The notes under the pieces are model-generated. The model was given only the letters and a program-made list of their open reading frames with translations, searched no databases and was not told the DNA's origin. Positions 39,062 through 54,494 of a stretch of DNA of 64,000 bases are shown here, one piece after another (within the stretch, counting starts at the first letter, position 1; the number at the start of each line of letters is the position of its first letter). The stretch is from Kudoa neothunni. Lineage: Eukaryota; Animalia; Cnidaria. Where the stretch lies: positions 12,777,843-12,841,842 of the forward strand of contig OZ199838.1 of the NCBI GenBank assembly GCA_964304625.1, read 5' to 3'. Made by a program: the position numbers and the translations under genes.

Positions 39062-40109
39062 ATGCACCTGCAACTGTTTTTGATTGGGTTAGGTGTTTGG
39101 GTATTTAGTACGGATAGTAGCTGTCCATCTCTAACCAATCTTAAGTCAGTCAAATGCCCCAATAAAAATGATTGTAAAAGTATCTTGAATTGATTGAATA
39201 ATCAAGTCAACCATTGTGCCTAAAATTATAGCTTTTGTTATGTATGCAGCCTTCAATGATATAGAGTCGGGGCCATACACCAATCTAGATGACCCTATTT
39301 TATCGTTTTCCTACAATTCTGAAACCGATTTCTATCATATAGAAAATAACGAAAAGGAAAACCGCCTGTTTGATATTGGGAACTTAACTTTCACTCCAAG
39401 TGGTATAACTGGTACAATGATCAAACCTATAACTGAGTCTTATCGATATATTCTTAAACAATTTCGGATTGATGAGGCGCAAGTAGACAATTTAATCTTT
39501 CAAAATTTATCCTATAAATTAGTGGACAAGACAACTGTGGAACCAAGTAAGCCGTGAAGTTCTTTCATTATTACGATACGTTACAAAAAGTATGTGTATA
39601 TTTTCATAGATTCGTGGTTTAAACTCGATGAATAACTGGGTGAGTTTTTTGTATTTTTATAATTTGTAAAACAACGACTTTTCACTTTTCGCTCGAACAA
39701 TGCCTCAAATTTATTTTTAGATTTATCTTGGCTGACTGCAACAAGGGGTGGAAATGAACCTATCGATTATCCTCTTTTAGATAACAAAAAAATGAGAGAT
39801 TTTATCTCAAAAACGCTTGGAAGTATATACACGGTGGTGAATTATTATACGACTCTCAATTTAGGCTATTCCATACATCAAATTATCGATACAAAGACTT
39901 GTAATATGCACGGTATTGTGGCACTTCTTACCAGTGGCCAACTCTATTATTCCACTGATGTGAATAAAATCACCAGAGTGATGACTCCTAGAACCATGTC
40001 GCCCATCGTAAAAATAAACAAGATTGTTATTTCGGAGCGATTTACAATTGTTGACGATATCATTGATCTTATTGTAATTGATTTTTATGGATTAGCCTAT
40101 TTAAGTTAG
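39062..40109 (+). CDS. Orphan multi-exon secreted protein, possibly disrupted; 3' end uncertain
   Basis: Signal-peptide-like MHLQLFLIGLGVWVFSTDS. Phase-compatible GT-AG introns link to ORFs 39216-39557 and 39792-40109. Confidence 0.55.
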
Positions 40110-40877
40110 AATTTTTAGTACATTTTATCTTATGAAGATTTTATTGATAATTTCACCTTATCTATGTACATAGAGGAGGAATAAAGTAACAATGGATAGT
40201 AAGTAGAGAAGGAATCATTTTTAGATTATGTAATGGTTGATTTAAACAAATACTGTGATGAAACCAATTTCTACATAAGTTTTTATCATAATAAATAACA
40301 TGAAGGACTGCTGTGATTTAAAGTAAATTTCAGATAGCCCATAGTCCTTTTTGTGCTAAGGCAGCGCTTGTCAACATTAAAATCAGGCCAGTTTCCCTAT
40401 AAAGTTTTGAACTCTTCTTGCCGACCTTATGTGTTGTCAAGCAATTTTTGCATTTAATTTTCAAAGTCGGAAAAAATAACTGTAAGCCATTAGCTAACAT
40501 AAAAATTGAGCGAAGACGATTTATTTTTAATAATTGAGTTTGTCGTTCATCATTTTGTGTTATTACGGAATTTTTTCCCTTGTGCTATAATATTTATTAT
40601 TTATCATTACTATATAATCAATTTTTGTCTAAATTTCTGAATATAGTTTTTTTCATATAATCTATTGTATTGGATTGTACAATACATTCATAATTAATTA
40701 AAATACTTCGTTTTGAAATAAAATAAATTTTATTGAAAGTATTACTGAAAAAATAATGTTATTTCGAAAAAATCGGAGATTTTATTCGCATTATTATTCC
40801 CAATATATTGAATAATTGAGCATTCCATTCAGCATCCATATCGAATCGTATTATAATCGATGTGCAGTGATATTTAA

Positions 40878-41705
40878 CCTCTTCGTGTAGAAGGTCCATT
40901 TAAAATTTAAATTTGCTAGAGAAAAAATCACATCCCATGGAGCTATATTTTGAACATTTTTTAAAAGTCATGGTGGTTTTTATATATTTAAAAAAATGGA
41001 AAATAATTTTAGTAAATTAAGACATCAGAATATGCATTCAAAAATTTAAAATATCACCATTTTAAACAATCTAATTTACTTTTATGCATAACGTATTATA
41101 TAAAGTAAAAGATTATTAAAAAATAATTTTCTATTGGCTAAGATATTTATATGTATTGTTTAATAGTTGGCAAATTAATTTTAAAATGTTATACCGGGAT
41201 TATTGTTGTATATTATCTAATAATAATTATTGTCGTTATTTTGAATTATGTCTACTTCGGGGGAAAATATATATACCAAACTTAATTTGCTGTACCTCTT
41301 TTTAAAAGCTTAAAATATTTTTAGAAATGGAATAATAATCTATTGTACATCTTTTTAAAGGCATTAGCTATCTGTAAATATGGAATAATTTTAGAAATGA
41401 GAATTTGACGTCAAATTTGGCGCGCATGCATAAAAAATTGACCGATGCAAACGAGCTGATTATATTAAATCATTTTTTACAAATATGATAAAAAATAAAT
41501 TCCGTGTGCATTTAAAGACAGGGTGAAATTTTTACGTGCTTATGATACGAAAATATTTTTATATAATTTTTATTTTCTTATGTAATTTGATGATAATGGC
41601 TGAAAAAAGTAATCTTAAGAATTTTCATTTTTGAATCGTTACAATTAACCGTTTTTACGTAATACATTATCTTCAATGCGCCCAAAAAATTTCCGCATGA
41701 AAAGG
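40878..41705. mobile_element. piggyBac-type MITE
   Basis: TTAA on both sides. Imperfect TIR CCTCTTCGTGTAGAA / CCTTTTCATGCGGAA. Confidence 0.55.
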
Positions 41706-42714
41706 TTAAATCATCGTAACCTAGACCACGTCTTACACCCAAAAATGGACCATAGTTAATGTTTTCTACTATTTCGTAAACGATCTTTTCAATTGTGGTA
41801 TATTTGAAATTATTTCTAGCTAAGTTATCGTTAGTTTTTGGTCTCATCCACATAATTCATTCCTAAAATTTTCAATATATTAAGTTTATTGTAGCGTTTT
41901 TTAATTTGTTTTAACTTTTTTTCACAATATTACTTCCAAATAATTGTGCTACTTTCTATTTTTACTTTATCCTTAAGATGGTCGCTACAAAATTGAGGTC
42001 AAATGTTTCACAGTGAAGCACTAGGCAGATTTTCGTCCTGGTTTTAAAAACACCAATTATTTGGGATTTTTCAATGAATGCCAACTATTTATGCCTTTAT
42101 GGTAACTTATAAATTATAGGTTATAATTTAATGTAAATAGTAAAAACGTAAACATTATGGTCAATATTACACAAATGACGCAAATTAACGACCAATGCAT
42201 TGAATCGCTTCAAATATATTTTTTACACCACATTTGTTTAAACTATTTCAAATCCCGGCGGAATTATTTCTCAACATAACGTAAAATAACTCCAGGAGTC
42301 TCTATATCGGGTTGTTATTTTTAAAAAGAAACAAGTGAAATAGCCTTCAACCACTGAAATAATACTGTAGTAGTGTTATAGTATATAGTAATATTGTATT
42401 AGTGTGAGTTATTATGAAAAAAGGAAAATAGGAACTAGATATTAATTTTATTTACCAAAGAAATAAATTGTAAGGTGAAATGACGTGCTAGTATTAAGTT
42501 TTAGTGGTTATTTTTATAGAAGTTCTCTTTTTGTAATTTTTTCGATCACATTTATAAAGAGACTATATATGGGTAGAAATTCAACATAAAACTTACCAAA
42601 GAAATAAAATAAAATAATTATTGATATTTAGGCGATAATATTAAATAGATTAGTTTAGAATAGTTAATTGCTTTTCGTCGACTTTTCCGCTTTATACGGG
42701 GGCTGTTGAGATTG

Positions 42715-43591
42715 TTAATCTGACGACTTCATCGTACGGTAACAGGCGTAGCAGTTTATAATAAACTAAGAATGGGCACATGAAATACAAATGTTCAATG
42801 CAATAAATATTTACCAATATTGCGAAAATTGCTCCAGTCAAACCAAGTACCGCAGGATAGTATTTACCGAGTTTGTATTTTAATTTCTCAGCACAACCAT
42901 CTTTGAATAGTGTGGGACTACTCTCAATACATTTTTCAGTCTCATTAGCACAGCAACTCAAAGGTAATGTTCCATTGTAAAAGCTATAATCAACATCTCC
43001 ACAGCATTTGAACTATTGTTTTAATTTGAAAGAAAAACACAAAGAGATATAAGCATTATACTTTAGTTTGGATAATTTCGACTATCTTTTGAGTTTCGAC
43101 GCTTTCAGAATATTTACTAAAGTATCCGTTGATACATATTTCTGTTGCATTCATCACCTATAAAAGATTAGTCATCTTAGTTTGGAATTTTATTAGAGAT
43201 GTTACTTTAGGTTTTGTCACTCCCGCATAAACTAGTACTCCACCGACGCCGAGAACAACCACGAAAGTAAGTCCAACCATTACAATGCTACATGCACCGG
43301 GGTTATTAATACATTGGATTCCCATATTGACCACAGTCAGAACCACAATCACAACCCCCACAATGATGGCGAGTATTCCAATAGATATATTCAAATATTC
43401 ATGGCAAATGTTTCCGAAGTAGTACTGCGAAAAACCACCAATAATGGTCAAAACCACTCCAACCAACTACAAAAATCAAATGATTGAAAGAAACGGTTTG
43501 ACCCTGTTAATGCAACTCAACAACCGGGGAAATCATTAAATACCAATGGTATAACGCTGATAAGTCCAACTACACACGCTCCAAAACCCAT
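42715..43591 (-). CDS. Tetraspanin, paralogue 1 (multi-exon)
   Basis: Hydrophobic segments in ORF 43158-43466. EC2 with FKCCG, LPLSCC and DGC. Fourth TM and short tail. Confidence 0.9.
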
Positions 43592-46535
43592 TTGACGTTA
43601 CTTTCTAACCAGATTACACCTAAACCTGTGTCGAATCACTCGAGTAATAGATAAGACTGTGATAATTGTTCAGACTGAATTTTCACTTAGATAATAATCC
43701 CATAAATCGAGACAATTTATTATCTATTTTCACTATGGCGCCACAACAATAACCGATACACGTATTAACGCTAGATAGACAATAGGTTTGGTTATCAAGA
43801 TTTAACGAAAATAATGTGCCCTGGCAAAGGGTTTGTCCTGATATCGTCTCCATCTTAGTATGTCTTCGTAATAGGGTTAAAATAATTTTACACTTAAAAA
43901 TAGTTCCTGAAGATTATTTATGGAAGTATTTTGATACATTTTGACTAATTTAATGACATAGTTTACCACCTTATTCCATATATTATTATAAAATAATGTA
44001 ATTGTCACAACTAGATAAGAAGATTGGTATGATGACTCTCTAGGGCTTACAGTACCTGTTTAGCAGATTACTTAATATTAAGGAGATGTAATTAATATCC
44101 TGCATTAGTATTTGTATTTAAATTAAAACATGATTCAAACCATAATATTTTTATTCAATTTCCTAATGTATTGCTGGGATTTTATCGGCGCTTTATTACG
44201 ATTATTGTACAATTAATATCAATATATTGATAACACGATTATATTCTAAATTGGTACATCAATTATGGAGTAGGAAACAGTATTTTGTATTGAACCCTTT
44301 GAATACTATTATCGATAAAATTTTACTATTTTTCGGGGATATTTTCTTATTTTTCGATAAAAAATTGTGTTTAAATAGATTATATAGTTTTACTCACAGT
44401 TATTTGATGTAATTTTTGAAGTGAATATTCATTAGTTGCATATATAGATATATTTCGTAACAAAATGGCTGCTCCCCGATTTTTAATCCCTCTTAGCATC
44501 TGGTTATCATTACTAATAATAAATTATACTTAAAAATATAGATTATCTCAGATTTTGGATTACAAATTATTAACGATTAAGTTAAAGTCTTATTCGGAAA
44601 TCCGTTATTTTACATAAAAAAATCATATTTTTATATTAACAAATTCTATGCATAGGAATTCCTTTTCCTTCTACAATAGCATTTATTAAATGCTATAGTT
44701 GATAGCTTCTATTTAATTTTGAAAATGGTTATAAATGCACCATGGACATTATTCATTGTTATTTTAGTAGTGTCGGAGTTTTCGACAAAACCTCGCTAAT
44801 TAATTGACATTTGAATTATATTTTACACTTGATTAATGTATGCTATGCTTGATTTCATTCTTCAGTCACAATCTATTACTAAACTACTACTAATGTCTAA
44901 AAAACTTGTGTAATGCGTCAATAGGAAGTTTAATGAACGACTTTGTTTAAATTTTAAGATTGGTTTATCAGAATAACCATTACAACATTTCCAAGGGGTC
45001 CATGCCTAAAATCTGAGAAATTTAAGAAATTTTTAATGACGAATTTGTGTTTTTACTTAAAACTCACAATCTGGATGGTATCATGTGTTATATTATTACA
45101 GTTTCATAGTAATTGTAAAACAATATCATTTTAGAGAAGCTTCCATCTAAATATTTAAAATTTTTAGGCTTAATTTATTAAAGCACTTTTTGTTTTTTTT
45201 GCTTTCTTTCTCAACAGTAATAGGTTCAAAATTCGTTAGCTAAATATTGAGCTCTTAACTCGATACATAAGGCTCGTTTATTTCTTTAACATCAACTAGA
45301 TTTTTATTTAATTCCCATCAAAGAAAGATACTTCCTTTGATGACATAGCATGCTAATTAATACTGATATTAAATTAATGAAATGTTTGTACGATATCTTA
45401 TTGATAATACTTAAAAAAGAAAAAATCAACTGAAAATTAAAATGGAATGCGGGGAAATTTTTTTACACACATTTTATAACGAAGTTCATTCTTAAAATAT
45501 TGGGTATACATTATATAGGTTTTTTGGCTTAATATGGATTAACCTCAATATTTTCCTTAATAAAATATGTTTTTACTATTAATTAATGAAAAAATGCATT
45601 ATATATATAGTGGTCAGTTTCATATGAATTTTAATATGTATAATCATAGAAGATAAATTGAAAATAGTGCAGTCATTTGCAAATTTTCCATCAATAATAT
45701 CGAATCTATCACTTTCTTGAACCTCGGATTTCGAATTATTCATTTTCAATGATATAGTTAGAGCATGTAAAATTAGATTTTGTCAATTGAAACGACAGAA
45801 ATTAAAACTGTAGGTGTTTCTGGATAAACATCGATTTATATTATTAGTCGATTTAAATGTAAGTGAATAAAGTCGAATTATCGGTTATAACTATATCATT
45901 TCAAGTAATAATGAAACGGCACAACTGAACAAAAATACTGACAAAAATGGATGTTTTATTGGGTTTAAATTGAGATTAAATATTGAGGAGGTGTTGATTA
46001 TCGTCAATAACCTAATTTTTAATCATTGTGAAAATATCGGATCTCAAAAATTTGCATTTTAGAGTGCCCATACAGTATAGATGAAAAAGCACCATATTGT
46101 TGGTTATAATGTGACGCTAGTATAGAAAATATCTCCAAATTGTTGTTAAAAATTTATCTATGTAATCCTGAAAACATATGCTAGTGGTGTCTTAAAATTA
46201 AAAAAAGTCAAATTACTATTGAGTGAATCAATTTTAGGGACTATTCTGGTCTCATTTGTTATGAAGCACTTTAGCAAGTCTCAGTGTTGTCTAAATATCA
46301 AATAGTTTCCATGGGTATATAAAAATGATTAAAGTCCTGGATAACCACAGTTATAGTCATAGAAAATGTCACCTGTTCTAATGAAATATTTCGAACAAAA
46401 GAATAATGCCATGGTGTTCGTATATAATTCGTGTTGACAAGTGCAATGCAATTTATAGAATAAAAAGTTATCTATTTCAATAAATACAACGGACTCGCAG
46501 ATCTTTGACGGAACAAATAGCACTACTGTCTAATC

Positions 46536-46829
46536 CAGTGGGTTTCGACCGGTAGTCCGCGAAATTTCCCTAGAGGTTCCGCAACACCCAAAAAACATAG
46601 AAACTAATAATAGTTATCTATTTACAAATTCATGTCTTCTAAATCCTTGGAGATGTTGAATAAATTTAAAAAATAATTTATTTTAGTTTTTTGTAAATAA
46701 ATGCGTTCGAATTTTTTATAAATCGCTTGTAATTTATTTGTTTACAATTTACTCAATGTGTATAGAGTTTCACAAGAAAGTTTGAGTTTATCAGGAAATC
46801 CCCGATTCCAAAATGGTTGAAAACCATTG
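46536..46829. mobile_element. hAT (Buster-type) MITE, ~294 bp
   Basis: TIRs CAGTGGGTTTCGACC / GGTTGAAAACCATTG. TSD GTCTAATC / GTCTGGTC (6/8). Confidence 0.7.
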
Positions 46830-47904
46830 GTCTGGTCTAATTATTGAGCTGCAGCTCCGAGGATGGCGGACGCAGCTCTAATCTCGATAAGGTCACTGTT
46901 TTTTTCGCTGTGAGTTCTTATTCCCAATTTGAAACTGTAGCCAGAGCGTAAGCTCACTATCAGCTCAATGTACCTGCAGTTATGGTTCGACCAAGTAGAG
47001 AGGGTCGGATTGGTTGTTTGTATCATGTGGGACGTATTAAATAATAAAAAACCTTGTAGGCCCTACTGAACCAATGCCGTGGATGGTCAAAAATTAATTC
47101 TCCCCCTAAAACTCAATTACTTACTGTAAAATAAATTAATTGTAATTGCAATTATTAAAAAATTGCGGCGGTGATCCAAAATTACTGGAACTCATTTATA
47201 TATCACGATACACAAATTCTCTATCTCTTATTTTTATCGCAAATAAATATAGCAGGAAAATCTACTGTATAAAGCAAACCGGAAATCCTTGTGTGTACGC
47301 ATTTTTCATTATTTATAGAGAGACATATCGCTCCATTTGAGCACATATATAGAAAGATAAAATTTTATTTTAACATAGAAAAATACGTAAAAAATTATTA
47401 AAGGTTTGCATCCTGAAAAATGACTAAAAACATTTTCACGTGATATGGCTGGTATGATTTGAGGATATAAGTAAACATATAGATCATTTCGTTAAAGTTA
47501 TACAAAGTTAATTTTAAACGTACCATAATATTTATTTTACTTGAAAATTATCGGAAAAAATTTTAATAATTGAATAAGTTCAAATAAGGAAGGTAATATT
47601 AAATTATGTAGCCAAACATTAATATGAAATTCATTTGTTGATGTTTAACAAGATTAGTCCTATTCGTATGATGCGATTTAGAGATTACTGTGAACGACAA
47701 GGATAAAACCAATTTTTTAGGAGCTCTAAAGAGGATACTTTAAATGCCCAGTAGTATTTATTCATTCTTAAAAATATTAAATAAGATTAATGCGTCCAAT
47801 TAGTTAAATAAATCATCCGTTAATTGGGTAATCGTTGTAATATTTATCTAAATATTCTTAATTTACTTTGAACTTCAAATGACCTTGGCCTACTCAAGGC
47901 TTTA

Positions 47905-47956
47905 GGCTACTAGGCCGGGCGAGGAATCCCACGCGAAGGGGGGCGTTTGCGCTAGT
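47905..47956 (+). mobile_element. Helitron-like 3' terminus
   Basis: GC-rich imperfect hairpin CGCGAAGGGGGGCGTTTGCG followed by CTAG|T. Related motifs at ~9334-9360 (+) and ~17984-18012 (-). Confidence 0.45.
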
Positions 47957-48570
47957 TATTTATAAAGAGGGGATTGTGAATATGTTTGACTTTCTTATTG
48001 CTAGCATTTGAGAGTTATCATTGATATATTATTACTAATAATGCTTCCATTTTTAAAGCGTATTTAAAAAAAGTATGAAAAATACTGTTCGCACATGTTT
48101 TGCGAATGATATACATTAAAAAAATTGTTTCATGTTTAAATTTAAATTTTAGACCATGACAAATTATAGATGGTACAAATATTATTATATCGGTAATGAA
48201 CTCCATAGAGTTCATTGTTATAATAAGATAGTAGCATTTGTATTAAATACATACAGTTGGCATAATTTTTGTTACAATAATTTAGAGTATCTTCGTTGTC
48301 GCCCGGGTATATTATTAACAATTAATCACGTTTTAGACTTAGGTATTGGTCTTGATTGACTTATTTGCAACCATTTATTTGCTTGGCTTAAAAACATAAC
48401 TATTTTGATCTGATCTTTAAACAAATAAAATCTTGATACATCCATTTTTTATGTTTTAAGCTTTCAAATTTTATACTGAGATTGTTTTGTGGATGCAATA
48501 ATTATAAACGGAGTAAATCTTGATTCTATTTCTCTAATCTCTCTCTCTTAATATTCTCCACGTTTTAGTT

Positions 48571-50979
<2,409 letters not shown>

Positions 50980-50983
50980 CTTT

Positions 50984-51347
50984 TTTTTGTTTACAAGGTA
51001 AAACCTCTGGCGCAACTTATTAGGTTGCGGAATTCTGGTTGGTCAGACCTCTTCTATTAACGCTTTAGGTACCGCAGGACGTAACATGAAACCCCGCCCC
51101 TTATCTTTATGCGATAGTGAGGGACTTGACCCACTAAACATCCTCATCTCAGGGTGACCACCATCCCAAACCCTATCCCTTTAAGGACGTTAGCTCTATG
51201 GGGACTGCAAATTACTTGAATTTCAATGGGTTTCGGAGATTCAAACTCCTATTCACGCTCATTCCACCTCATGTGGATTCGAACCTATTATCTCATGGTT
51301 CTGAGTCCGAGTGTCGCACCGATGTGCTATCTGTCCTCGGCACGGAC
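50984..51347 (-). mobile_element. tRNA-derived SINE, ~360 bp
   Basis: Head with A-box TAGCACATCGG and B-box GGTTCGAATCC, GC-richer body, A-tail, 9-bp TSD CACTGCTTT (50975-50983 and 51348-51356). Confidence 0.82.
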
Positions 51348-51384
51348 CACTGCTTTAGATCCTCGGAAATCTTGTGCTCCTTTT

Positions 51385-51895
51385 AATACGTAAGTCCGCT
51401 TATTAATTTGTTGATGAAAAAGGGCACTTTCATCAACATTAATAATATTTGTTGAATCGTAACTTTGCAGAATGTCTTTATTCTCAAGTTTCCACGCATG
51501 CATCGAGTAAGTATCAGCACTAGATGCTTCTCCGTAGAGTCATTCGGAACAAAGCCCATATCTATTTTTGAAGCAAGCCAAACATCCTTTACTTGCATTA
51601 AAATTATCGTTATTCTTTTCGTTGGAGATTGAAAATGCTTTTACTATTATAGTTTCGCCAGAAATTTGTTTTTTATTATTTCAGGCATTCATGCTCCAAT
51701 TATAAACTTCGGTATCGACATCTTCATGTTCACCGCTAGAAAATTGCTTTTTCTTGTTATAAATATTGGAATAAGTAATTTTTTGTCCCATTGACAAAAT
51801 TTGACTGAGAGTTGAATATTCTTAACAGAAATTATCGTTATTATGAATATAAAGTAAAAACTTTTGATTTCTTAGTCTGAATTTCATTGCGATCA
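51385..51895 (-). pseudogene. N-terminal pogo/Tigger transposase fragment
   Basis: Minus strand contains a CENP-B HTH-like region and NIINVDESALFHQQ (cf. IYNIDETALFYQ). Confidence 0.65.
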
Positions 51896-54494
51896 TTTTT
51901 TGCACTTTTAATTGATTTAATTTAATTATAATAACTGATAATTTTATTTTTCTCATCAATATCTCGCTACACTCTGGACATTGTCAATTTTACTGCGCAC
52001 TATCGGATCAAACTCGCATTCCGGACTTTGAATTTACTTCGCAATGCAAAATCACTTCGCAATATCGAATAATATACATTTTCGTTTATTGAAAAAAATT
52101 TCTTTACGTCAATTTTATAATATTAACATTAATATACCTAATATATTTTTCAATTTAACTAAAATAGACAAAATTCAGGAGATATTGGGCTACTACGCAA
52201 TACCGAGGCACGACTATATGTTAATAAAATCGGCTTGATATCTTGAGGCATTTATTAAAACAAAGAGATGATGTGATTGATTTTGTTGTCTATGTAGGGC
52301 GAAGAGCTAAACACGTGCCCATTTCCTTAACAAAGAAAACGATTTCGACGCACTTTTTTGGAAGTTTCTCCAAAATAACATATGTTTTTTATTATGCCGC
52401 GGCGAGAAAATGCTCCCGATAAAACGATAATTAATAAAGTAACATATTTCTAAAGATATATTTGCAATATCTGGAATGCAGACACTAATTAAAAAATTAA
52501 GTTTATTTACTTTATAAATTAGAAATAATTGTTGACTCCCAAATGGATAAATCTATGGATTTATGTTGCAGGCTACTTATTTTGAATACAGCTATTCAAC
52601 CTAAATTTGTTAGGAATAATGATAAAGCGTATTATTTTTTAACTAATTTAAATTTAAGAAATGCGTTGATGGGTTAACTCCAAATTCCGGTTACAACCAT
52701 AATCCGTTGGTCGAACGTTTGTTTTGCAGATAACATATAATACCTAAATTAGGGCTAATGTCCCCGCCTCGTCATAGGATCACATTTGTAATTTTTCGTT
52801 ACTTGCAAAATATTACAAATTATAACATATATATAGAGGGTAATTTTGCATACATAAGAGTCCGCACATAAGTTAAAGTTATAATCTCAAATGTTTAATC
52901 CAACCGCAGAAAAGATTTCTACATTTTAGGGCAAGCTATCATTGCTTTAAAAAAACTTTTTTAGAATTTTATTGAAATAACTAATGAATTGACTTAAAAT
53001 TGTTTGTTATGGATTTGCGATAGTTTTGTCATTAATTTAGTTGAAATTTAATCTTGAATTGCATGCGAATTAAATATGCCACTCTGATCTTCTTTCTTAA
53101 AATAGCTTTGAGACTTTTCCAATGCGTGTATTGATTTGGAGGTTGAAATTTTATTCTTATCGAAATTGTATTCATCATATGTAAAAAATTTATTAATTGC
53201 ACAAAGTTCTCAATCATTAAATATTTGTTCTCTCCCGATTGACTGCGTATTATCTCCTCTTCAATTTTATATTCTTCATCATAATGTTAATTTAATGAAA
53301 TATATACTTTTCTTACTCTTATATAGATATCGTTATTAATGGCTTCATTTGAATAGGAGCCTTCATTCTCAATATTTCTGTAAAGTAATATATTATAGAT
53401 AAAAAAAAATTTCAACATCAAAACAAATTATTTCTATTTCAACAGAGATTTCATGCCTATTCGTGATTAATGTGGAAAACGTCTATTTAATGCTCGATAT
53501 AACCCCAAACAGGTTAATTCATGATAAAATTCTAATTTATTGATATTTTGAGAATAAAAATTTGTTTTTCATAAAATCTCCAACGAAATAATTAAAAAAA
53601 TTTAATAATAATGACAACTTAGCGTGCATATGTTTTATTTAGATAAAACATGCTATATATTTATAAGTAAGAAAATCTGGCATAAGAAACACAGGTAATA
53701 ATAAAAAAACTTCGTTAAGATTTTTTTCAACATATATTTTATATTTCAAAAAGATTTTAGCCACAAAAATGTTTCCGGAAGTATTAGTCTGTCACTACTG
53801 CCATTATTGTTTCAGCTATTTTCAAGCAATGAATAAAAATTTGATGACAAAAATTTATAAACCAAAACAAATGTAATTATATTTAAATGACATTTTTAAC
53901 GAAAGTATACATATTTAACAAGCTAAATATATAAAATTTAGAATACGAACCACGCGGATACCATGTGGCGAAAAAAGATGGAGAGCTTAAGATAGTAAAA
54001 CAAATAAGAACATAACTAACTTATTTTAATATGATTAAATAATGCATTAATTATATGAAGCTAAATATTTGATGAGTAAATTATTAGAGTCTATATATTT
54101 ACGACAATACTCCGTTGGTTATGAAAACGTTAGGTTTTAATTAATGGAGTTAAAACTAAATAGAGACCATTTTAATCATTTATAAAATAGATCTTAAAAT
54201 AATTCTTTAATGATTGATAAAACTTCCGTGACTTTTTATAATATTGCGCAAACGCAACTCGCGTAGCACCAGAGTAAACATTAAATCAGAGGACGACATA
54301 CTTCCCGATATCCAGGTTTTGCTGCGTAAAATGAAATAACTAATTTTTTCTGTATTTTATTGAATTATAAATGTAATTTGTTCTGATTATTACGATTTGA
54401 AGATTAAAATATGTTTATTAGGTATTAATATTAACTCACTACGCAATATCTAGAAACGACTATATGTATATATGTATCAAATAAGATTTTTTAA

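Noticed and set aside
51260-51340. Functional tRNA gene
   Set aside because: The acceptor stem does not pair, and it is followed by a body, A-tail and TSD, so it is a SINE.
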